Shown here in pieces: positions 1 to 9,391 of a stretch of DNA of 64,000 nt; within the stretch, counting starts at the first letter, position 1; each line of letters opens with the position of its first letter. The notes under the pieces were generated by a model. The model had not been told where the DNA came from. It saw nothing but the letters and a program-made list of their open reading frames with translations, and made no database searches. The stretch lies in contig CACPHA010000001.1 of assembly GCA_902633655.1 (NCBI GenBank), forward strand, positions 1,263 through 65,262. The letters run 5' to 3'. The stretch is from Paracoccaceae bacterium (lineage in GTDB: Bacteria; Pseudomonadota; Alphaproteobacteria; Rhodobacterales; Rhodobacteraceae). Made by a program: the position numbers and the translations under genes.

Positions 1-1438
1 CGATGTATTGCTGGTCATAAAGCCCTTCTTCCACGATCACATGCATGATCGCATTGAGCATTGATACATCTGCTCCAGGTCGGAATTGCAGCATGTGAGA
101 AGCGTATCGCTTGAGTGCCTGACCACGCGGATCCATGACAATCAGTTTACCACCGCGCTTGGTAAATTGCTTGAAATAGGTCGCCGCAACCGGGTGATTT
201 TCAATCGGGTTCGCACCGATCACAATCGCAACGTCCGCATTTTCAATTTCGTTGAAAGTTGCCGTCACCGCAGCTGAACCAACATTTTCCATGAGCGCAG
301 CAACAGATGAGGCATGGCATAGTCGCGTGCAGTGATCCACGTTATTGTGGCCAAAACCCTGACGGATGAATTTCTGGAAAAGATAGGCTTCTTCGTTAGT
401 GCATTTTGCGCTACCAAATCCTGCAACCGATGCACCACCAAAACGGTCTTTGAGGTTTTTTAAACCATCTGCTGCGAAGTCAAGCGCCTCATCCCAGCTG
501 GCTTCACGGAAAACCGCTTGCCAGTTCGATGGATCAACGTTCAATCCCTTTTTCGGTGCATCCTCTCTGCGAATAAGTGGTTTCGTCAACCGATGCTCAT
601 GATGGATATAGTCAAACCCAAACCGACCCTTAACGCAAAGTCGCCCTTCGTTAGCTGGACCATTAATGCCTTCAACAAATTTCACCTTATTATCTTTGAC
701 CTTCAGAGACACTTGGCACCCTACACCGCAGAAAGGACAAACGCTTTTCACCTCACGATCATAATCCGCACTATCCCCAACCTGAGCATCGTCCAGCACA
801 GTCGCAGGCATCAAAGCTCCCGTAGGACAGGCTTGTACGCACTCACCACAAGCCACACAGGTGCTGTCTCCCATAGGATCAGCAAAATCAAAGGTTGGAT
901 AGGCATCATGCCCACGGCCCGACATGCCGATAACATCATTAACTTGTACTTCACGGCAAGCACGTACGCAAAGACCACATTGAATACAGGCATCTAGATT
1001 GACCCGCATAGCTACATGGCTGTCATCGAGAAGCGGGATACGATCTTTCTCAAGTGCAGGAAGTCGGCTGTCGCTTACACCATTCAGCTCTGCCATCTCC
1101 CACAGATGGGAGGATTTATCATGGGCAGCCTGTTGTTCCGGTTGATCCGCCAATAACATTTCGACAACCATCTTACGCGCATTTTCTGCGCGTTTTGAGT
1201 TGGTCGAAACAACCATACCTTCGCTAACTTCCCGAATACAGGAGGCTACAAGCGTTCTTTCCCCTTCAACCTCTACCATACAAGCACGGCAATTCCCGTC
1301 AGGCCGGTATCCAGGCGCAGGCTTGTGGCACAAATGAGGGATCATAAGTCCACGACCATTCGATACCTCCCAAATAGTCAGACCGCGATCAACCTCAACA
1401 CTCACACCATCTAGCGTAATACTAATTGTACTAGGCAT
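1..1438 (-). CDS. fdhF: Formate dehydrogenase alpha subunit (molybdopterin, N-terminal Fe-S domains); 3' end lies outside the window
   Basis: Hand-translated, absent from the ORF track: ATG at 1438 after GGAGG; MPSTISITLDGVSVEV...IPHLCHKPAPGYRPDGNCRACMVEVEGERTLVASC (2Fe-2S); GFGSAKCTNEE; NNVDHCTRLCHASSV active-site motif with a Cys (TGC) codon. Confidence 0.92.
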   Translation of the reverse strand, partial: MPSTISITLDGVSVEVDRGLTIWEVSNGRGLMIPHLCHKPAPGYRPDGNCRACMVEVEGERTLVASCIREVSEGMVVSTNSKRAENARKMVVEMLLADQPEQQAAHDKSSHLWEMAELNGVSDSRLPALEKDRIPLLDDSHVAMRVNLDACIQCGLCVRACREVQVNDVIGMSGRGHDAYPTFDFADPMGDSTCVACGECVQACPTGALMPATVLDDAQVGDSADYDREVKSVCPFCGVGCQVSLKVKDNKVKFVEGINGPANEGRLCVKGRFGFDYIHHEHRLTKPLIRREDAPKKGLNVDPSNWQAVFREASWDEALDFAADGLKNLKDRFGGASVAGFGSAKCTNEEAYLFQKFIRQGFGHNNVDHCTRLCHASSVAALMENVGSAAVTATFNEIENADVAIVIGANPIENHPVAATYFKQFTKRGGKLIVMDPRGQALKRYASHMLQFRPGADVSMLNAIMHVIVEEGLYDQQYI

Positions 1439-1680
1439 AAACTGCCTCCCAATTGCACAGTTCTCCTAGACCATAAATTAAGCTTTTCACATGGATAATC
1501 CCGGCGCATAAACACAAATTTACGCCAGAAATAATAAGGGACATCAGAATTTTTGTCTTCTAAGTAAGCAGAGGGAAATTAAGTTCTCTGTGCAGATTCA
1601 CCCCTAGAGCGCCACCAAATAGGTTTCAAATCTTGGTAAAATGTGCTCATTACAGTGTTCAAAGACAGAGGCAAATCATA

Positions 1681-2337
1681 ATGACACAGGTCATAATAAT
1701 ACGTCACGGTCAGGCCAATACTGGTGCTGCGGACCATGATATATACGATAATCTCAGCACGCTTGGGCATCAGCAAGCCAAATGGCTTGGTGAGTATTTT
1801 GACTGCATTGGACTAACTTTTGACCGCATTTATTCAGGCAATTTAAGGCGGCAGAAAGATACAACATCTGGCATAAATCGGCGTCAGGTTGAACATGTAA
1901 TAGATAAGCGTTTAAACGAATTTGATTATTTCGGTTTAACTCACGATCTAAAGCACCGCCTTGGTATCCCATACCCCACGAACCAAGATCAATTCAAAGT
2001 GCAAATATATACCTTGATGACCTACTGGAAAGAAAACAAAATTTCCTCAAGTAGAGAAACATTTGAAGATTTTTCTCAACGTACCTTAGAGATTGCGACT
2101 GAGATTTCGGGAAAAGAAGAAAAGGCCCTACTTGTGTCTTCCAGTGGCGTTATTGCATCTCTCGTCGGCAATCTATTGAGTGTTCCAGTGGAAAAAAGAG
2201 CAAGTCTTTTACTTAGTCTATCACATACAAGTCTAAACCGTTTTGAACTAATTTGTGGTGATTTGACACCCACGCTATTCTGCGCAACACCACATCTTGA
2301 CCGTCCAGATTGGGCTCTCGCACGTACATTCATTTAA
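1681..2337 (+). CDS. Histidine phosphatase (phosphoglycerate mutase) family protein
   Basis: N-terminal IIIRHGQA motif, SGNLRRQ, LNEFD; start moved to ATG 1681. Confidence 0.85.
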   Translation: MTQVIIIRHGQANTGAADHDIYDNLSTLGHQQAKWLGEYFDCIGLTFDRIYSGNLRRQKDTTSGINRRQVEHVIDKRLNEFDYFGLTHDLKHRLGIPYPTNQDQFKVQIYTLMTYWKENKISSSRETFEDFSQRTLEIATEISGKEEKALLVSSSGVIASLVGNLLSVPVEKRASLLLSLSHTSLNRFELICGDLTPTLFCATPHLDRPDWALARTFI

Positions 2338-2348
2338 GAGGTGCACTA

Positions 2349-3410
2349 ATGACACATCTATGGGTTCGCTCTGAACAACGCCCCAACGAGGACAGAGTTG
2401 GTATAACGCCCGCTGGAGCTAGGGCTCTATTGAACAAAGGCTTTGCCATTACTGTGGAAGAAAGTACCAACCGCATTATTGGGATTGCCGAATATAAAAA
2501 GGCAGGCTGCAACATCGCGCTCGAGAACAGTTGGAAGGATGCGCCGAAGGACGCCATCATATTTGGACTAAAAGAATTACCTGAGATAAATACACCATTG
2601 CAACACAGACACATTATGTTCGGTCATGCCTTTAAGGGCCAGCACAACGGGCAGGCACTTTTGCAACGTTTCAAAAAAGGTAACGGGTCGCTTTATGATT
2701 TAGAATATCTCGTAGATGAAACAGGTCGGCGTGTTGCGGCTTTCGGATATTGGGCGGGTTATGTAGGTGCCGCTGTTTCCATGAAATGTTGGATTGAACA
2801 ACAAAAAGGGGGTATCTGCGGGTTTTTGTCATCTTATGCAAACCAAAGTACGCTGGTCAAAGAGCTGAAAGCCGATGTGAGACATGCGAAGGCAAAACTG
2901 CCCAACACAATTGTTATCGGTGCTTTAGGGCGTGTCGGTTCAGGGGCGCTTGACCTTTACAAAGCCCTTGGTGTTAAAGTCACTGAATGGGACATAGAAG
3001 AAACCCAACAGGGCGGACCCTTCCCAGAAATTTTGGACCATGAAATTTTGATAAACAGTATTGTAGCGCGTCCTGGGACACCAGTGTTCGTCTCACCTGA
3101 GTTTGCAAATGGTCCACGGAAATTGAGCGTGATTGGCGATATAGCTTGCGATCCGGACAGTGACTATAATCCTATCCCGCTCTATAATTCGGCTACCAAT
3201 TGGATAGAGCCGGCAGTGCGAGTAGTGGATAAACCTCCACTTGATATAGTAGCTATTGACAATCTGCCCTCACTTTTGCCTTTAGAAAGCTCCAAAGATT
3301 TTGCAGACCAGCTATTGCCTTACCTCATGGAAATCGACAATCTTGGGAAAAATGTCTGGGGGCGTGCAAGAGCCACTTTTGAAAAACATATAAAGGGGGA
3401 GGAGATATGA
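2349..3410 (+). CDS. Saccharopine dehydrogenase, lysine-forming type (LYS1-like / lysine-ketoglutarate reductase)
   Basis: HLWVRSEQRPNEDR, GLKELP, HIMFGHAFKGQ, LYDLEYL, AAFGYWAG, GALGRVG, AIDNLPSLLP; start at ATG 2349 after GAGG. Confidence 0.88.
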   Translation: MTHLWVRSEQRPNEDRVGITPAGARALLNKGFAITVEESTNRIIGIAEYKKAGCNIALENSWKDAPKDAIIFGLKELPEINTPLQHRHIMFGHAFKGQHNGQALLQRFKKGNGSLYDLEYLVDETGRRVAAFGYWAGYVGAAVSMKCWIEQQKGGICGFLSSYANQSTLVKELKADVRHAKAKLPNTIVIGALGRVGSGALDLYKALGVKVTEWDIEETQQGGPFPEILDHEILINSIVARPGTPVFVSPEFANGPRKLSVIGDIACDPDSDYNPIPLYNSATNWIEPAVRVVDKPPLDIVAIDNLPSLLPLESSKDFADQLLPYLMEIDNLGKNVWGRARATFEKHIKGEEI

Positions 3411-4570
3411 CTATTCACTGGTGTGGAACAGGTTTATCAGCGGTTCCAGGACTACGCAAGCTCATAGCGGATGGAAACAATGTCTGCGTTTGGAATCGAA
3501 CCGTTGAAAAAGCCGTGACAGCTGTTGGAGATGTCACAACTAATATCCACGCATTTGATATAGCGTCTCTTGAATCAACACTAGTGGCAGGCGATGTGAT
3601 CGTTTCCATGCTGCCGGGAGACTGGCACGTTCCGCTCGCAGAAATTGCTATTGAGCACAAAGTGCATTTCGTATCCTCTTCATATATTGCGCCAGAGATG
3701 CGGGCTCTTGAGAATCGCGCCAACGAAGCAGGTGTTTGCATCGTGAACGAAGTTGGGCTTGATCCGGGAATCGACCATTTGATGGCGCACATACTTGTGG
3801 AAGAATATCGAGCCGCTTCAGAAAATACTGAAGGAAATGCACTGACCTTTATTTCATATTGCGGTGGTATTCCTAAAAAGCCCAATCCATTTCGCTATAA
3901 ATTCAGTTGGTCTCCAGCTGGAGTGCTTAAAGCTCTACGTTCTCCATCAAAATCTATTCGAGATTTTTTACAATTCGATGTTGAACAGCCATGGGACGCA
4001 ATCAGTTTATACTTGGCGCCCTTACCAGAACCAGAAAGTTTCGAGGTTTATCCAAATCGTGACTCAATACCTTTCATGCAACAATACCAATTTGACCCAA
4101 AGTGGAAGGTCAAAGAATTTGTACGTGGTACGCTTCGGTTAAAAGGTTGGGCCAAAGCATGGGAATGTGTTTTTGAAGAGATGCAGGACCTTAGCGGCCC
4201 ATCCGGAGATGAACGCATTCAAGAGATGTCGGAACAGTTCTGGGCAGAAAACGCTTATGCTGAAGGTGAGCCAGATCGTGTTGTCCTTTGCGTTGGACTT
4301 AAAGCTGAGCAAGAGGGTGAACCCTGTTGGCACAAAACCTATGTAATGGATGCTTGGGGTGACGAGCGGGGTACAGCGATGGCGCGTTTAGTATCCTTTC
4401 CAGTTTCATTTGCTGTTGAGGCCATTTTGGCGGGGCGGCTTTTCCCAGGGGTGCAAGCCGCACCACGCGATATTGGGCTTGCGGCAAATTGGATGGAAGA
4501 AATCAGCAAACTCGTGCAGCATCTCGAGATTGTGGATCATACTACACCACAACTGGACAAAGTGCGTTAA
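3407..4570 (+). CDS. Saccharopine dehydrogenase, glutamate-forming type (LYS9-like)
   Basis: NEVGLDPGIDHLMA, SYCGGIP, YKFSWSP, YPNRDS, RGTLR, TAMARLV; ATGA overlap with upstream gene. Confidence 0.88.
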   Translation: MTIHWCGTGLSAVPGLRKLIADGNNVCVWNRTVEKAVTAVGDVTTNIHAFDIASLESTLVAGDVIVSMLPGDWHVPLAEIAIEHKVHFVSSSYIAPEMRALENRANEAGVCIVNEVGLDPGIDHLMAHILVEEYRAASENTEGNALTFISYCGGIPKKPNPFRYKFSWSPAGVLKALRSPSKSIRDFLQFDVEQPWDAISLYLAPLPEPESFEVYPNRDSIPFMQQYQFDPKWKVKEFVRGTLRLKGWAKAWECVFEEMQDLSGPSGDERIQEMSEQFWAENAYAEGEPDRVVLCVGLKAEQEGEPCWHKTYVMDAWGDERGTAMARLVSFPVSFAVEAILAGRLFPGVQAAPRDIGLAANWMEEISKLVQHLEIVDHTTPQLDKVR

Positions 4571-4589
4571 TCATTTTTGGCGCTGATCG

Positions 4590-5342
4590 TTATCGAGATT
4601 TTACGAAAGAGCTCCATATTTTATAGTGTAAGGCACTTGGTAAAAACTGAAGACTGCGAATAAAACTGGTAAATATAGTTTTTGGGTACGAATAAGAGAA
4701 TCCACTACCTGACATATATTTGAGCATTTCCTTGGCAGCAGCGACTGGTGTCATAACGTCCCTCATCTTATAATTATTTTTTGCAGATGCTTTTGTATCA
4801 ATGAACCCAGGGTTTATAAGTTGAACTTTTATTTTGGTATGTTGAAGATCAATTTGCATGCACTCTGCTAAAGTCATTAGTCCAGCTTTTGAAGCCGTGT
4901 ATCCAATTGACGAAGGCAAACCTCTAACCGCAGCTATGGTCCCAGTTATAACAATATGGCCAAAGTTATGCCGAGTAAATCGATCGACAACTGGCGCTAA
5001 AATTCTGCAAGCACCAAGTAAATTGACATTTATCATCTCAATGCATTTTTCACTGTCCCAATTCTGAGCTGACATAGGCCAATAGGCGGCAGCTAGAAAA
5101 ACAAGTCCATCAATATCACCGATCTTCTCCATCGCAGCATCGACACTTTCCTGAGAACCAACATCACAAGGGATTGCCGTTGCCTTATTGGGTAAGCTTT
5201 CGATGATAGTAACGAGTTTTTCCACATTACGCGCAGAAAGCACCAGTTCAAAGCCAGCTGCGCTCATCTCACGCGCTAAAGCTTCTCCCAAACCATCACT
5301 GGCACCGATCAGCCAATAGCGCTTTCCTTTAAACGAATTCAT
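4590..5342 (-). CDS. Short-chain dehydrogenase/reductase, last gene of the RpoE-dependent operon
   Basis: GASDGLG, YTASK, NPGFIDT motifs. Confidence 0.85.
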   Translation of the reverse strand: MNSFKGKRYWLIGASDGLGEALAREMSAAGFELVLSARNVEKLVTIIESLPNKATAIPCDVGSQESVDAAMEKIGDIDGLVFLAAAYWPMSAQNWDSEKCIEMINVNLLGACRILAPVVDRFTRHNFGHIVITGTIAAVRGLPSSIGYTASKAGLMTLAECMQIDLQHTKIKVQLINPGFIDTKASAKNNYKMRDVMTPVAAAKEMLKYMSGSGFSYSYPKTIFTSFIRSLQFLPSALHYKIWSSFVKSR

Positions 5343-6571
5343 GTCTGAATATCCTCAAAACGAAGCCTCAGAAGAAACCCAATGGCGAATAATTTCAGCA
5401 AACAGGGTAGTACAGCATATCCACAAGTTAAAGCAAGCAGACCGTTTTCTGTATTTTCCATTCCTGAACGAAAACCAAACAGCTCAACCATTGGCAGCAC
5501 AATGACGGCTGCAATGGCAAGAGAAATTTTCGAAGCAAAGTTCCATAACCCAAAACCGATTTCTGCACGTCCTCCAGTTTGTGCCAAGTGCCGTGCAAAT
5601 ATTGCAGGTAAGATCGTCAGGTCAGCTCCAAGCGTTGCGCCGCTCGCCAGACAAATTATAGAAAAAATAAACGTCTGACCTTCTGTAAGGAAAAAAGCGA
5701 AAACGAACGCATGGATGGCGAATAACATGGCCAACAATAAAATACGGCGCGCTCCGTATTGGTCCGCTAAATACGCCCAAAACGGAGCGGAAAAGGCAGC
5801 CGATAGGAAAAAAATAATTAGGAGAATTCCGGTCATTTCAGGAGCCAAAAGTCTGCTTTCCACAAAAAACAAAAATAACGTTGATGAGACAGCCACTGGT
5901 GCCGTGTTCAATACTGCCAGAAAAAGCATTTGCCGTATCAACCGGTCTGACCAAATGTGTGTTGATGCTTTGTTTTGCATACCTCGCGCATCAGCCGACC
6001 AGTGAGATTGCATTACAAAAAGTGCTACTAGAGTAACGCCTAAAAATAAAAGCGCATAAAGCGAAAATGCGTTCTGCGATACATACAAAAGAAGTGTTGG
6101 TGCCATCGCAGCCAAACAGACCCCTAAAAGGCTTCCAGTTTCACGCCAGCGTGCCAAATGAAGTTGGCCAGATGAGCCAAAACTTGTCACGCCCTGGGAG
6201 TAGAATCTAATTGACAGGAAACTAAACCCAGTGAAGAGCACTGCCATTGTTACCGAGAACCAAATAACCGGTGAAATCGGCGCCGGCACGGCAAAAAGTC
6301 CGAACATTCCCAAAGACATTAAAATGCCTGAAATCCAAACCGGCTTGGATCGAAACTTCAGGGTTTTTTCGGCCAAATGCCCAAGCAACGGGTCCTGCAA
6401 CAAATCGATCAACCGCAGACCAAAAAGAGCTACTCCCAAGAGACTTAAACTTACTCCATAGGTGTCTACGAAATATTTCGGTGCGTGAATATAAATGGGT
6501 AACCCTGCCATTCCCAACATTGCGGCAAACAAGGCATAAGAAGGGAGAGAAAATGGGCGCGATACGCTCAC
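5339..6571 (-). CDS. MFS transporter (sugar:cation symporter-like)
   Basis: About 12 hydrophobic segments; likely GTG start at 6571 overlapping the DUF1365 stop. Confidence 0.8.
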   Translation of the reverse strand: MSVSRPFSLPSYALFAAMLGMAGLPIYIHAPKYFVDTYGVSLSLLGVALFGLRLIDLLQDPLLGHLAEKTLKFRSKPVWISGILMSLGMFGLFAVPAPISPVIWFSVTMAVLFTGFSFLSIRFYSQGVTSFGSSGQLHLARWRETGSLLGVCLAAMAPTLLLYVSQNAFSLYALLFLGVTLVALFVMQSHWSADARGMQNKASTHIWSDRLIRQMLFLAVLNTAPVAVSSTLFLFFVESRLLAPEMTGILLIIFFLSAAFSAPFWAYLADQYGARRILLLAMLFAIHAFVFAFFLTEGQTFIFSIICLASGATLGADLTILPAIFARHLAQTGGRAEIGFGLWNFASKISLAIAAVIVLPMVELFGFRSGMENTENGLLALTCGYAVLPCLLKLFAIGFLLRLRFEDIQT

Positions 6572-7323
6572 AAAGACACCCCAGATTTCGGGGGTATCGG
6601 CCGCTTTCGGTACTTTGCACCTTTGATCCAAAGCTTTAGAGCCTGCCAGTGGATTAGTCCCAATACACGGCGAGACCCAAATGGTCTTCTTACAAGGGCC
6701 TTCACGATATCAGTTGTCCTCAGAAATTTTCTTGGACCAACAAGATTCGCCATCAATCCACCACCTGGAATTTTCAAGTCAATCCAGATGCCTATCTTCT
6801 CTGGACCTACATCAAACCTGAACTCATACTCACCAGCAATGGGTTGAAATGGAGAAACGTGAAAAATTTTTTTTGCTGTTAGCTTATCCACTGGCAGAAT
6901 GGGGCGTTGATTAGCGTGATGACACAAATACGCATGTCGGTCCCCAAAGGTGTTTGTTACTTCCGCGATTACAGCGCGTAGATCACCATTGCGATGATGG
7001 CATAGCCAAAAGCTCACCGGGTTAAACACATGACCCAGTATTCGGGGCTGCGCCAAAAGCAAAATTTTTCCTTTCACCGTGATATCGTGACTTTCAAGAA
7101 CCTCTTTAACCCACTCTACGCCTTTACCGTTTTTCGGTGCCCCACCGTGGTCTTCATCATAGACCGAAAAGAGCCAACCGGTATTGCGGGTGAAAAGTGT
7201 CGGGGCCTGCGTATTTTTTTCTGCATCAAAAAGCACATAGTCGACACTGTAGCGAAAAGCATTTTCAAGATCACCCTTACGACCGTGCCATGTCCACCCC
7301 TCTATGTATTCAACCCTATTCAT
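6568..7323 (-). CDS. DUF1365 family protein (RSP1090/UfaO-like)
   Basis: WHGR, PRILGHVFNPVSFW, AEVTNTFGDRH, KIFHVSPF, IHWQALKLW motifs. Confidence 0.85.
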   Translation of the reverse strand: MNRVEYIEGWTWHGRKGDLENAFRYSVDYVLFDAEKNTQAPTLFTRNTGWLFSVYDEDHGGAPKNGKGVEWVKEVLESHDITVKGKILLLAQPRILGHVFNPVSFWLCHHRNGDLRAVIAEVTNTFGDRHAYLCHHANQRPILPVDKLTAKKIFHVSPFQPIAGEYEFRFDVGPEKIGIWIDLKIPGGGLMANLVGPRKFLRTTDIVKALVRRPFGSRRVLGLIHWQALKLWIKGAKYRKRPIPPKSGVSL

Positions 7324-8612
7324 TCGGCTGCCAGTGTCATTGCGGCACGAACTTCAAGTTGATGTACCACGTCCAAAGCACTTGCTAGACCGTCTTCGTG
7401 GAAACCGTTTTTTATCCAAGCCCCACAAAACCACGTATTATTTTCACCATTTCGAGCTGCGATTGCCTTTTGCGCTTCCAAAGCTGCTGCGTCATAAACT
7501 GGATGGCGCATTGTCGTCTGCTCATATATTAGCTCATCCTGAATATTTTTCGTTGAATTCAAAGTAACAAATAACGGATCATTTTTTGGAATCGGTTGTA
7601 GAGAATTCATCCAGTAAGTCAGATCTAAATGTTCTGACGCGCGTCCCGAGCGTTCAGTATACACCCAACTTGACCAGCATTTTCTTGAACTAGGCATCAC
7701 GGATATATCGCAATGCAATACTACGTCATTAGGTTGGTAACCAATTGCGCTTAGAGATTCTTTTTCGTGTGGTCGAGCATCTGCCAACAATCCCAAAGTG
7801 ACATCAGAATGCGTCGCAAAGATTACTTCGTCAAAACTTTCCCTTGCTCCACCTTTAGGCCTGATGTTTACTTTAGCTTCATCACGATGAACGCTGTATA
7901 CTGGTGCGCAAAGGCGAATATCTACACTTTGCGCTAATAAACGGGCTTGGAGTCGCCGCACATACTGCATGGATCCGCCGTCAACTGTATACCACTGGTG
8001 CTGACCACTGATGCCTAGAAGAGCATGATTCTGGAAAAATTGCATCATAGATTTGGCAGGGAAATTCATAATTTGCTCTTTGGGAGTCGACCAGATTGCA
8101 CCTGATAAAGGTAGAAGGTAATAATCTCGAAACCATTTGCCAGTGCCCAGCTCGGATAAAAATTCTCCAATTGTAAAATTTCCCTTTTGTGCCACTCTAA
8201 GGCCCTGAGAATTAAATTTCAAAATATCTAAGCACATTCTTAAAAATCTTGGGTCAAAAGCATTTTTTCGCTGCGCAAATACTGCGTCTACATTGGCAAG
8301 CGCGTATTCTAGACGACCAGATCGTACCGATGCACCAAAACTCATGTTACTTTTTGTTAGGGGAACGGACAATTCTTCAAACAACGATGTAAGGAGTGGA
8401 TAATTCGCATGATTGAAGACTATAAATCCCATATCAACAGGCTGTGCGCCCGACTTACCTGCAAGAACCGTTTTTGCATGGCCTCCTAACCGACTTGATG
8501 CCTCAAATAAAGTTACGCGACTATTCTTGGATAAAGCATAGGCTGCGGACATTCCGGAAATTCCTCCACCTATTATCGCAATTTTACGGGTTTTTGGATG
8601 AGCAGCTATCAT
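7320..8612 (-). CDS. FAD-dependent oxidoreductase, COG2907 type (RSP1091/UfaD-like fatty acid desaturase)
   Basis: GGGISG, RLGGHA, VDMGFIVFN, TYWMNSLQ, CGAW...GFHEDG; divergent from rpoE; start uncertain (ATG 8612 or TTG 8624). Confidence 0.82.
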   Translation of the reverse strand: MIAAHPKTRKIAIIGGGISGMSAAYALSKNSRVTLFEASSRLGGHAKTVLAGKSGAQPVDMGFIVFNHANYPLLTSLFEELSVPLTKSNMSFGASVRSGRLEYALANVDAVFAQRKNAFDPRFLRMCLDILKFNSQGLRVAQKGNFTIGEFLSELGTGKWFRDYYLLPLSGAIWSTPKEQIMNFPAKSMMQFFQNHALLGISGQHQWYTVDGGSMQYVRRLQARLLAQSVDIRLCAPVYSVHRDEAKVNIRPKGGARESFDEVIFATHSDVTLGLLADARPHEKESLSAIGYQPNDVVLHCDISVMPSSRKCWSSWVYTERSGRASEHLDLTYWMNSLQPIPKNDPLFVTLNSTKNIQDELIYEQTTMRHPVYDAAALEAQKAIAARNGENNTWFCGAWIKNGFHEDGLASALDVVHQLEVRAAMTLAAE

Positions 8613-8645
8613 ATTTATGAGCAATCTCCGTTTTTTTAGAATGTG

Positions 8646-8671
8646 TACGCTGAACGGATGAAAGCAGATGA
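8646..8671 (-). promoter_or_regulatory. Putative RpoE-dependent promoter of the FAD-oxidoreductase operon
   Basis: Minus strand reads TCATCT-N16-CGTA, same spacing as the plus-strand TGATCC-N16-CGTA. Confidence 0.55.
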
Positions 8672-8693
8672 AAAGAAATAAAAAAACAATTTT

Positions 8694-8719
8694 TGATCCA
8701 TAAATTTAAAAACGTCGTA
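8694..8719 (+). promoter_or_regulatory. Autoregulatory RpoE promoter of rpoE-chrR
   Basis: TGATCC (8694-8699), 16 nt, CGTA (8716-8719) directly upstream of rpoE; matches the RpoE/ChrR-group -35 TGATCC element. Confidence 0.75.
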
Positions 8720-8727
8720 TTTAAAGT

Positions 8728-9384
8728 ATGATGTTAGTAGAGATACAGCCGATACGACACCAAAGCTCGCCTTTGCGAAAGGCTTGTGGTACGCGTCATT
8801 CGGGCGAAACATCTAGCAATGAGTGTCGATCGGTGGGTAAAAAAACAAGAAACGAGGTTGAAACTTGGGCGCGAGACCTTGAACTAATTAAAGTTAATCA
8901 AGATGTTAAGGCTTTCGAAAGGCTCTTCAATAGTTTCGCTCCAAAGATCAAAGGTTTTTTGATGAAATCGGGAACTGACAACGCAATGGCAGAAGAGTGT
9001 GTGCAGGAAGTTATGTCAACAATATGGAATAAAGCACATTTATTTGACCCTACTCGGGCTAGTGCCTCCACTTGGATTTTCACCATAGCTCGAAACAAAA
9101 AGATTGATGCTATAAGAAAACAAAAGCGTCCTGAACCTGAAGATTTAGGTTGGGGTCCGGAACACGAGCCGGATCAGGAAGCCGTTATAGGGCTTCAACA
9201 AGAGACTGCGAAATTGGGTCAAGCCATCGAAAATTTGCCAGAGAAGCAAAGATTTTTGCTTGAGCGCGCTTATTTTAGCGACATGTCGCACAGTGAAATT
9301 GCCGCAGAGACAGGGTTACCTTTAGGGACTATAAAATCTCGCATAAGGTTAGCACTTGACCGCCTGCGCCATTCTATGAAGTGA
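8728..9384 (+). CDS. rpoE: ECF sigma factor RpoE (singlet-oxygen response, ChrR-regulated)
   Basis: Region 2 (AEECVQEVM...STWIFTIARNKKID) and region 4 (HSEIAAETGLPLGTIKSRIRLAL); next to chrR; true start may be further downstream. Confidence 0.92.
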   Translation: MMLVEIQPIRHQSSPLRKACGTRHSGETSSNECRSVGKKTRNEVETWARDLELIKVNQDVKAFERLFNSFAPKIKGFLMKSGTDNAMAEECVQEVMSTIWNKAHLFDPTRASASTWIFTIARNKKIDAIRKQKRPEPEDLGWGPEHEPDQEAVIGLQQETAKLGQAIENLPEKQRFLLERAYFSDMSHSEIAAETGLPLGTIKSRIRLALDRLRHSMK

Positions 9385-9391
9385 TAATGAA

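Noticed and set aside
300..345. Possible selenocysteine in the formate dehydrogenase active site
   Set aside because: The motif reads CTRLCHASS with a TGC codon, so it is a Cys-type enzyme.
86..997. Plus-strand ORFs 86-277, 399-602 and 518-997
   Set aside because: Antisense shadows of the formate dehydrogenase gene.
1585..1618. tRNA-3'-end-like string (…GATTCACCCCTAGAGCGCCACCA) or riboswitch upstream of fdh
   Set aside because: No pairing T-stem or cloverleaf can be built, and I could not match a Moco-riboswitch pattern by eye; an Rfam scan would settle it.
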